Assembly: GCA_039715015.1 (NCBI GenBank)
Contig: JBDLIE010000009.1
Location: 1-64,000, forward strand
DNA length: 64,000 bases
Origin: Thermodesulfobacteriota bacterium
Lineage (GTDB): Bacteria; Desulfobacterota; Desulfobulbia; Desulfobulbales; SURF-16
Reading direction: 5' to 3'
In this document: piece by piece, positions 29,270-36,888 of the stretch
How positions within the stretch are numbered: position 1 is the stretch's first letter
How the letters are laid out: each line of letters begins with the position of its first letter
Made by a program: the position numbers and the translations under genes
The notes under the pieces: model-generated
Seen by the model: the letters and a program-made list of their open reading frames with translations, nothing else
Databases searched by the model: none
Told to the model about the DNA's origin: nothing

Positions 29270-29779
29270 ATGTCCGTTGCTGCCATGAAAAACAAAGTGA
29301 AAATAGCCTTGCTCGGTCTTGTGACGTTGGGCCTTGCCGCGCCGGGCCTTGGCGCTAATAAGCCTGTGCGGGCAACTGTTGAAGAGGCGGCCTTTTCCGT
29401 TTCTCTGAAGTCCCGGGAGCAGGCTGTCGCTGTCAAAGAAAAGGAACTTGCCCAAAAAATGCAGGATTTGGCTCTTATGCAGAAAGATGTTGATGCCAAA
29501 CTCGCGGAAATGCTGGTTTTGCAAAAGACCATTTCTCAGAAATTGACTGAGCTTAAGGCAGAACAGGATCTCGAATTTAAGAATTTGATCAAGGTCTACT
29601 CCAATATGAGCGCCTCCAAGGTGGCTCCTCTTTTAAACCAGATGGAAGACGTCAATGTTTCTAAAATCTTGCGCGCCATGAAAAATGATCTGGTTGCTAA
29701 AATTATCCCCAAGCTCGACCCCCAAAAAGCTGTGCGAGTGAGCCGTTTACTTGGCCGTATCAGCGAATCATCCCGGTAG
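29270..29779 (+). CDS. MotE/FlbB-like flagellar protein (coiled coil + MgtE_N-like domain)
   Basis: Signal/TM, coiled coil, LIKVYSNMSASKVAPLL…KILRAM…PKLDPQKA; conventional position after fliJ. Confidence 0.75.
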   Translation: MSVAAMKNKVKIALLGLVTLGLAAPGLGANKPVRATVEEAAFSVSLKSREQAVAVKEKELAQKMQDLALMQKDVDAKLAEMLVLQKTISQKLTELKAEQDLEFKNLIKVYSNMSASKVAPLLNQMEDVNVSKILRAMKNDLVAKIIPKLDPQKAVRVSRLLGRISESSR

Positions 29780-29857
29780 CATTTTCTTTTCATCCCATAG
29801 GCTGCTTCTGTAGTTGTTGTGTTGTCATCTCAATTGAGACAGCCATAGAAAGGTTCA

Positions 29858-29887
29858 TTCATACCTTTGCGTCAACAAAGGTATGAA
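29858..29887. terminator. Hairpin, possible terminator of flgB operon
   Basis: TTCATACCTTTG-cgtcaa-CAAAGGTATGAA perfect 12-bp stem; no + strand U-tract. Confidence 0.45.
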
Positions 29888-30131
29888 AACCTAACAATTA
29901 TGCTCGTGCCCTGAGCTTGGCGAAGGGGGGCTGTATCCATGGCATTGCCTCCTGCAATGCACTCCTCTTGTTTCGTTTTTTTCCTTGAATTCACCCGGTA
30001 AATCTTGCCCATCTCTCTTGTGGAGCTATTTTTTTTCACCTGCTTTATTGGGAAATAATTTCACCATAACTAGCTGGAATAAAAGGAGGAAATATATTTT
30101 TATTTTATTTGAGCCCGGGCCTCTCTCCATT

Positions 30132-30147
30132 TGGCATAGCCGTTGCT
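30132..30147 (+). promoter_or_regulatory. Sigma54 -24/-12 promoter of fliK-flgD-flgE
   Basis: TGGCAT-AGCCG-TTGCT, GG-N10-GC, preceded by an AT-rich tract. Confidence 0.82.
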
Positions 30148-30228
30148 CTATCAAGGGTAACGCAAGACATCAGGGAAAAAGATACCTGTCTGGTATCGAG
30201 GTCAATTTGCAAACGAGGGAGGAAATCC

Positions 30229-32055
30229 GTGTCAAATATCATCAACCCAGTACTGCCGGTAGGGGGCGCCGAACTTTCGGTGGACCATGCCAAAGGGGCA
30301 GAAAGATCTGGCAGCACTTTTTCTGATCATCTTGATCGCCGTCTCGGTAACGATCAGGAGAGAAATCAGGATCAACTCGGGGTTCGACACAGTGAAAACA
30401 ACAGGCAGGCGGCCCATAAGGGCGAAAGGGGCTCTAAGGATGAGGTGAAAGCCCAGTCCGACCAGGATATTGAGATAGAAGATCAGGGTGAGGTTGCCAC
30501 TCTGGTTCATTTCCTCCAGGATATCCAGCAGGTCGCCCAAGAGAAGAACCTGGAGCCGGGTGAATGGGCCGTTGCCCTGCCGGAGCCGGAAATTCTTGCC
30601 GACCTTGCCCAACAAGCCGGCATGAGCGAGATTGACCTCACCGCTTTGGTGGAAAAATTCCAAGCTGATAATGGTGAGCTTGATCTGGACGCCTTCTTGC
30701 AGTCCTTAATAAATCATTTTGTATCATTCGAAGAAAATCCCAGAATTGTTGTGCCTGAAACTGAGATTCCCATGCTTGAGGGATTGCTCACCAAAATGGG
30801 ATTGAGCCCTGAACAGCTGGAACAAGTTTCCTCGCAAGTGGTCGTTGCCGACGGTGAAATAGACCTCTTTCTTCTTGCCCAGGCCCTGGAAGACTTAAAT
30901 GTGGCCACTATGGCCCCAGTCATTGATGAGGGTGAAAGGCAAGCTTCACCTGTCCTTGAGGAAAATAATGGCGAGCAGACCCTGCAGGCCATTACCCTGT
31001 CGCCCTGGGAGGCCGAACAGCTCCAAGGCCTTTTGAAACAGGCTGGAATTTCCCTTGAAAAACAGCTGGAACTTATGCCGGAGCAGCTCTTTGGTGAGGA
31101 GGTTGTTCTCTCCCTTGAGCGTCTCCAGTCTCTACTTAAGGAAGCAGTTGTCCAGGCCCAGCAGGATCAACCTCAGCTTGATCTTCCTAAATTTCTTGGC
31201 AGCCTTGAACAGGTAATGAAACAGGCTGCCTTCCAAGATCAATCCGTTGGTTTCACCCCGGTTGTTCAAGGGTCTTTAGGCGAAGCCTATAAGGACCTTC
31301 TTGAAATGTATGATAAGGCCCGCCTCCGTTTTGAGGAAGGGCTTGATGCCGAGGAAGACCAGCTTCAAAATGACATCCAGAAATGGCTTGATGGCGTAGT
31401 GGCCAGGGCAGGCGATGGTCGCGGCAGCCAAGGGGAAACCGGCAACCAGGATGATCAGGGCTTTTTCGACAATGCCGGCCAGGGTGTTGGCCCATTTGCT
31501 TCCGGCAGCGGAGAAGAATTTACCGTTCATCGCCAGGATGGCATGTCAGCGCCCCAAGTTGCCAGCAATCAGGGCATTACTCAGGCTGCCGATCAGCCCC
31601 AGCCCGTTCGTCATTTTCCAGCCCATCAGCAACAGCAGATAATGAACCAGCTTTCCCTGGCTGTAAGCCGGGGCATGAAGAGTGGCGAGCAGAATCTGGT
31701 TTTACGCCTCCATCCCGCCGAACTGGGCGAGGTGAAGGTGGATCTCTCGGTCCGCAATGAGGTTGTCTCGGTTTCTTTCACCATGGAAAACAGCAAGGTC
31801 AAGGATACCCTTGAAAGCTCCATGGAGGAGTTTCGTCATAATATGGAGGAAAAGGGATTTTCTTTAAACGAAGTCAACGTCTTTGTCGGCCACAGCAACG
31901 AAGATCAAGACGCCTGGCAACGTTTTGAGATGGCCTTGAACGGCGAAAAACTGCAGGCCCAGAATCTGGAGGATATCCCGGATGATGTTTTGTATCAGAC
32001 CGTTGGCGCCGAGCAATATGCCAGTCAGGAAGAAGGGGTAAACCTCTTTGTCTAA
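30229..32055 (+). CDS. fliK: Flagellar hook-length control protein (608 aa)
   Basis: C-terminal LRLHPAELGEVKV T3S4 domain; GTG start after GGAGG and downstream of sigma54 promoter; precedes flgD. Confidence 0.85.
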   Translation: MSNIINPVLPVGGAELSVDHAKGAERSGSTFSDHLDRRLGNDQERNQDQLGVRHSENNRQAAHKGERGSKDEVKAQSDQDIEIEDQGEVATLVHFLQDIQQVAQEKNLEPGEWAVALPEPEILADLAQQAGMSEIDLTALVEKFQADNGELDLDAFLQSLINHFVSFEENPRIVVPETEIPMLEGLLTKMGLSPEQLEQVSSQVVVADGEIDLFLLAQALEDLNVATMAPVIDEGERQASPVLEENNGEQTLQAITLSPWEAEQLQGLLKQAGISLEKQLELMPEQLFGEEVVLSLERLQSLLKEAVVQAQQDQPQLDLPKFLGSLEQVMKQAAFQDQSVGFTPVVQGSLGEAYKDLLEMYDKARLRFEEGLDAEEDQLQNDIQKWLDGVVARAGDGRGSQGETGNQDDQGFFDNAGQGVGPFASGSGEEFTVHRQDGMSAPQVASNQGITQAADQPQPVRHFPAHQQQQIMNQLSLAVSRGMKSGEQNLVLRLHPAELGEVKVDLSVRNEVVSVSFTMENSKVKDTLESSMEEFRHNMEEKGFSLNEVNVFVGHSNEDQDAWQRFEMALNGEKLQAQNLEDIPDDVLYQTVGAEQYASQEEGVNLFV

Positions 32056-32099
32056 GGGGCCCAGACTGACGTCATTTATAACACGAGGTAGTTGAAAAG

Positions 32100-32762
32100 A
32101 TGGATACCACCGCAATCGGAGTTCCCCTGGCAGAGACCGATCCACTGTTTAAGCCAGTGGGTAAAGATGAGCTTTCCTCAAGCGATTTCATGACCCTGTT
32201 TATTACCCAGCTCCAGCACCAGGATCCCATGGAGCCCATGGACAGCTCGGATATGGCTACCCAGCTCGCTGATTTTTCCAATATGGAAGCCACCATGAGG
32301 ATGGCTGACAGCATGGATCAGCTTCTGGAGTACCAGACTTCTCAAAATAACCTGCAACTCCTTTCCTTGCTTGATCAGGATGTGCGGGTCTATGGCAACA
32401 GTATTGGCGTCACCGGCGATGTGATTGGCCAGGGCGAGTACTCCCTTGCTCAAGATGCCGAGGTGGCAGTGCTTGAGGTTCGTGATGCGGCCAATCGCCT
32501 GGTGAAAATTGTTGACCTCGGTCGCGCTTCAATGGGTGATCATGCCGTGGAATGGGATGGCACCGATATGCTTGATAAGAAGGTTGAAGACGGAGCCTAC
32601 ATTTTTAACGTCAAGGCTTACGATCAGGCCGGTCAGCAACTGACCGTGGATTACAAAGCAACAGGCAAGGTAACAGGCATAGACTATGAAACAGGCACAG
32701 CAAGACTGGTTCTTGATAATCATGTGCCTGCTGCTGTCGGCTCCGTTATCGGGGTTATCTAA
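32100..32762 (+). CDS. flgD: Flagellar hook capping protein
   Basis: DFMTLFITQLQHQDPMEPMD, QLADFS, WDG…DGAY. Confidence 0.94.
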   Translation: MDTTAIGVPLAETDPLFKPVGKDELSSSDFMTLFITQLQHQDPMEPMDSSDMATQLADFSNMEATMRMADSMDQLLEYQTSQNNLQLLSLLDQDVRVYGNSIGVTGDVIGQGEYSLAQDAEVAVLEVRDAANRLVKIVDLGRASMGDHAVEWDGTDMLDKKVEDGAYIFNVKAYDQAGQQLTVDYKATGKVTGIDYETGTARLVLDNHVPAAVGSVIGVI

Positions 32763-32850
32763 TAAACGAAATGTTAAGACAATATACGCAAGTAAAGTTT
32801 GTCAGGGCTGCAGACAGTCCACACTATCCTGAAAAGGGAGGAAAAGAATA

Positions 32851-35700
32851 ATGGCTATTTCAAGTTCACTCTACGCTAGTATCTCCGGTCTCAGTACCAT
32901 GGGTGAGGCAATGTCCGTACTCGGTGATAATGTTTCCAACGTTAATACCGTGGCTTATAAATCCAGTCGGGCCACCTTTCAGGATGTCCTGTCACAATCA
33001 GTGGCCACGGCGTCTGGTTCCCGGCAGGTTGGTCGCGGTGTGACTCTCTCCACCGTAGACGGTCTCTTTGCCCAGGGTTCCTTTGAGAGCTCATCCACTC
33101 CCACGGATATGGCCATTGGTGGCCAGGGCTTCTTCATGTTGCGAGCTCCAGACAGCGCCGAGGCTGATTTGTACTCCCGGGCCGGTGAGTTCCGTTTTGA
33201 TCTTGAGGGTAACCTTATCAATCCGGTGGGCTATTTTGTTCAGGGTTGGGAGCTTGATGCCGGTGGCGATCGTTCCGGTACCATTGGTGATCTCAATCTC
33301 GGAAAATCTACTCCGCCAGTCACCACCACCAATATTGAGCTTATCGCCAATCTCGATTCCCGTATTGCTGATGAGAGCAACGAGGAACGTCTCTTTGAGA
33401 GTTGGAACGGCACCAATGCCGCCCTGGCCACCCCGACGCCACCCATTGATTCCAGTAAGTATGAATACACAAGTGCTATCAAGGTCTATGACTCCCAGGG
33501 GGCCAGCCACGATATCACTCTTTATTTTGACAAGACCACCAATAATAATGAGTGGGAGTTCATGGTGACAACTGATCCAGTAGAGGATCTGCGTAACCTG
33601 TCAACCAATGAGCAACAGATTTTCGCGCCTTATACAGCCGTAGACCATAGGGTTCATCAAGGGGCAGGGGCTCTGATGTATGGCACCATCCAGTTTACCA
33701 CCTCCGGCGAGATTGATACCATCGACGCCTGGCAGATACCGCCGGATGGCCAAGTGGATCCGGCAAAGAATGAAAATCGTATTGTTCTTAACCCTGATGA
33801 TACTTACTACGAATTTCCTGCGAATTTTACCGGTGAGGCCATCGATTTTACCACCAATCCACCAATTATCAATCCCACCATGCGTTTGAATCTTGGTGCC
33901 CAATACGGTGGTGTCACCAGCACCCAGTCCCAGATTCTGGTAAGTGATAGTGGGGCCATCAGCGACACCAATGCCGGTACCTTTATTACCTCAACAACGC
34001 AATGGAATTCAGTCTATGACGCCAGCGGCAACCAGATGATGACGGGAGATATATTTGTTCTTGAGGGCTTTGACCATACAGGCACCCGGGTAACCCCACT
34101 CGTGTATCAGGTTAACGGCTCCAATCGAATCCAGGACTTTTTGGACCAGATCCGGACCACCTTTGGTGTCAATGCCGATATTGACGATGCTGGACGGCTA
34201 CGCCTCACCGACTCCACCTCTGGTGATTCCGCCCTGGCAGTTACGGAATTTTATACCGTCTCCGCCAACAGTTCTGTGCCTTTTGGCGGCACCCAGCAGA
34301 TTGTTACCAGTTGGGCCCATAGCACCGAGGGTATTTTTGCCGCTAGTGGTGCACCTGTAAGTGATCCTACAACACCCCTTGTTGGTTTAGTTGACCATAA
34401 TACCCCTGCCGTTGCACTAGCTGGAGGTGAAGTATTAACCTTCTCCGGGACAAGGGCCTCAGGTGGTGCAGCAAATCTCGTTTTTACGGTCGGTGCCCCT
34501 GGTAGTGCGACGATTCAGGATTTGTTAACGCAGCTGGAAGGCGCTTATGGAGCAGCTGGCGAGGTCACTGCTACTCTCGATAGTAACGGTCAAATAAGAA
34601 TAGTGGATAACACTCCTGGGGCCAGCCTTTTGTCTGTTTCAGCCGTTGGTCCAGGTGCTCCTGCAGCAGAACCATTTGGTATAACGGCTGTGGTTGCACC
34701 CTTTATCACCAACCAGGCCTACCGAGGTAGTATTGATGTTACCAGCTCCAAGCAGCAAATTGTCTCTATCAATCGCGGCTTGACTACGAACAGCGGTCTC
34801 GTGCCGGCCATCACATCGCAAACACCCTGGGCCAGCGTTTTTGATGAAGCGGGTGTTGGTACAATTGCTGCTGGTGATACCATCGATTTCACAGGGGTCA
34901 GCGGTGATGGGGCCACCACAGTGGTGCCTGGTGTCAATGGCACCTTTACTGTCCAGGCCCCAGGCGCTACCCCTTTCTGGTCTTTAAATGCTGCCCCGAT
35001 CACTGGCACCGTGCAGGATATGCTTAACTGGCTGGAGTTTACCTTCGAGGCAGAGGCCCACATTGACGAGGCAGGCCGCTTAGAGCTCACCGATTGGGTG
35101 GCGGACAGTTCCACCCGGGCCAGCCAGTTGGCGATTACGAGTATTGGCTATGGCGGTGTTGCCAGTGGTGCCGCGCCTTGGGGTGCGGCGCCGTTTGAGA
35201 CCCACCTCGCCGATATCGGTACCGAGGACGGCAGCCAGATGGGTGACACGGTGAGCAATAAGTTTAAGCCCGAGGCCCTGGCCACCACCCAGTATGCCAA
35301 CTCCTCCACCACTGTTTTTCAGGACCAGGACGGGTTTGCCTCTGGTTTCCTGCAGTCTGTGTCTGTTGATACCGGAGGCGTTATCACCGGTCATTACTCC
35401 AACGGCCAGGTGTTGGAGAAGGCCCAGGTTGCCTTGGCCTCCTTTAGTAATATGACCGGTCTTTTCAAGAATGGCGGTAATATCTTCACCGAGACCACTG
35501 AGTCAGGCGCTCCCACCACCGGCGCCCCTGGCGATAACGGCCTGGGCAGTATCGCCCCCAACGCCCTGGAACAGTCCAATGTTGACCTTGGTGTGGAGTT
35601 TGTAAAGCTGATCACCGTTCAACGTGGTTTTCAGGCCAACTCCAAGATCATCACCACCACCGATGAGATGTTGAATGACTTGATCAATATCAAACGTTAA
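32851..35700 (+). CDS. flgE: Flagellar hook protein, unusually long (949 aa)
   Basis: N-term SLYASISGL…NVSNVNTVAYK, DMAIGGQGFF, YSRAGEF; C-term LEQSNVDLGVEFVKLITVQRGFQANSKIITT. Confidence 0.95.
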   Translation: MAISSSLYASISGLSTMGEAMSVLGDNVSNVNTVAYKSSRATFQDVLSQSVATASGSRQVGRGVTLSTVDGLFAQGSFESSSTPTDMAIGGQGFFMLRAPDSAEADLYSRAGEFRFDLEGNLINPVGYFVQGWELDAGGDRSGTIGDLNLGKSTPPVTTTNIELIANLDSRIADESNEERLFESWNGTNAALATPTPPIDSSKYEYTSAIKVYDSQGASHDITLYFDKTTNNNEWEFMVTTDPVEDLRNLSTNEQQIFAPYTAVDHRVHQGAGALMYGTIQFTTSGEIDTIDAWQIPPDGQVDPAKNENRIVLNPDDTYYEFPANFTGEAIDFTTNPPIINPTMRLNLGAQYGGVTSTQSQILVSDSGAISDTNAGTFITSTTQWNSVYDASGNQMMTGDIFVLEGFDHTGTRVTPLVYQVNGSNRIQDFLDQIRTTFGVNADIDDAGRLRLTDSTSGDSALAVTEFYTVSANSSVPFGGTQQIVTSWAHSTEGIFAASGAPVSDPTTPLVGLVDHNTPAVALAGGEVLTFSGTRASGGAANLVFTVGAPGSATIQDLLTQLEGAYGAAGEVTATLDSNGQIRIVDNTPGASLLSVSAVGPGAPAAEPFGITAVVAPFITNQAYRGSIDVTSSKQQIVSINRGLTTNSGLVPAITSQTPWASVFDEAGVGTIAAGDTIDFTGVSGDGATTVVPGVNGTFTVQAPGATPFWSLNAAPITGTVQDMLNWLEFTFEAEAHIDEAGRLELTDWVADSSTRASQLAITSIGYGGVASGAAPWGAAPFETHLADIGTEDGSQMGDTVSNKFKPEALATTQYANSSTTVFQDQDGFASGFLQSVSVDTGGVITGHYSNGQVLEKAQVALASFSNMTGLFKNGGNIFTETTESGAPTTGAPGDNGLGSIAPNALEQSNVDLGVEFVKLITVQRGFQANSKIITTTDEMLNDLINIKR

Positions 35701-35734
35701 AAGAAGTTGGCAGGAGTCAGCTTTTAGTTGACCG

Positions 35735-35779
35735 CAAAAGAGCCCGTTGCGAGGTATTCGCAACGGGCTCTTTTGTTTT
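35735..35779. terminator. Bidirectional terminator between flgE and cooC
   Basis: CAAAAGAGCCCGTTGCGA-ggtat-TCGCAACGGGCTCTTTTG. Confidence 0.9.
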
Positions 35780-35853
35780 CTATTGTCTTTGCATGTCGGA
35801 GCCCGGCCCTGCCAAAGAGACGCAATTGTCTGCGAGGGTTACATGGGCCCCAA

Positions 35854-36618
35854 TCACTCACTAAAAATTTTATCAAACGCCGCAAAGGCCGTCTGCAGCA
35901 TGGGCACCTCTTCTCCCAGGTCAAGATAAGAACCACCAGTGATCTCTTGCTGGATAAGCTCGTCGCTGGAAGGGAAAATGCCGCCCAAGGGCAGGTCGCT
36001 TTCAGCCACAGCCTCATTGATCTTGGCTTCCAGCTCCGGGCTAAGCGGGGTGGGGGTACGATTGACGATGAGGTGCTTGTTCTTGACCTCAAGCCCCAGA
36101 GGGGCGGTGATCTCGGAAATACGGCGGGCAGTGAGAATGCCGCGAGCCGAGGGGTCGGAAACAATAAGCAGGTGGTCGATGGCGCGCAGGTTGAGGCGGC
36201 TGAGATGTTCCATGCCTGCCTCGTTATCTACCAGGATGTATCGGTAATTTTCAGCCAGTCGGTCCATGGTCATGGCCAGGTATTGGTTGGCTGAGCAATA
36301 GCAACCAGGGCCGTCCGGTTGGCCCATGACCAGCAAATCAAAACCCGATTCCTCAATGATCGACTGCTGGATCTTCATCTCCATGAATTGGTCACGGGTC
36401 ATGCCGGAGGGTATGTCGCCCTTGAGATCCTGTCTGATCTGGCCAATGGTCATGCAAATGTCAAGACCGAGGAGCTCATTGAGATTGGCATTGGAGTCGG
36501 CATCAACGGCCAGGATGGGTGTCATCTTGCGGCTGATCAGGTATTTGATGAGCAGGGCCGAGGTGGTGGTCTTGCCTGTGCCGCCCTTGCCTGCCATGGC
36601 TATTACTTTCGGGGTCAT
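35854..36618 (-). CDS. cooC: CooC/AcsF-type nickel-insertion ATPase
   Basis: Deviant Walker A GKGGTGKTT, VDADSNANL, GCYC metal motif, DNEAGMEHLSR. Confidence 0.85.
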   Translation of the reverse strand: MTPKVIAMAGKGGTGKTTTSALLIKYLISRKMTPILAVDADSNANLNELLGLDICMTIGQIRQDLKGDIPSGMTRDQFMEMKIQQSIIEESGFDLLVMGQPDGPGCYCSANQYLAMTMDRLAENYRYILVDNEAGMEHLSRLNLRAIDHLLIVSDPSARGILTARRISEITAPLGLEVKNKHLIVNRTPTPLSPELEAKINEAVAESDLPLGGIFPSSDELIQQEITGGSYLDLGEEVPMLQTAFAAFDKIFSE

Positions 36619-36637
36619 TTTTTTAGAATTTGAGTAG

Positions 36638-36739
36638 TAAGAAGTTGAGAAATAAGAATGGAGAGTCCACTCAATAATTATCTCTTTGTTGTTTACCTGT
36701 TAACTCCTTATTTCTCAACTTCTTATTTCTCAACTTCTT
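36638..36739. repeat. 19-bp inverted repeat whose right arm is tandemly duplicated (15-bp unit)
   Basis: TAAGAAGTTGAGAAATAAG (36638-56) is the exact reverse complement of 36707-25; CTTATTTCTCAACTT occurs at 36707 and 36722. Confidence 0.9.
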
Positions 36740-36888
36740 GGCGGTTACCGCCACATAACCCTTGCAAGAAAAGGGGGAGTTGGTATTTTAGCGGGTTTAT
36801 GTCTTTCCTTGTTGGGAAGAGTTATTTTTTACTGTTCACCCCGGCCCAATGCCAAGGCCGCGCAGATATTTACCACGGAGATGATGTG

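Noticed and set aside
29865..29873. GACGCAAAG on the minus strand resembling a c-di-GMP-I riboswitch
   Set aside because: No upstream GGCAAAC/GAAA stem and wrong orientation for fliK; explained by the local hairpin.
36707..36739. Direct repeats as a CRISPR array
   Set aside because: Two abutting 15-bp units, no spacers, no cas genes.
36658..36888. 77-aa N-terminal extension of IleRS (similarly fliK 30109, PagL-like 873, trmD 43928, ruvA 6462)
   Set aside because: Extensions cross promoter or repeat DNA; internal starts fit the family N-termini and mostly have RBSs.
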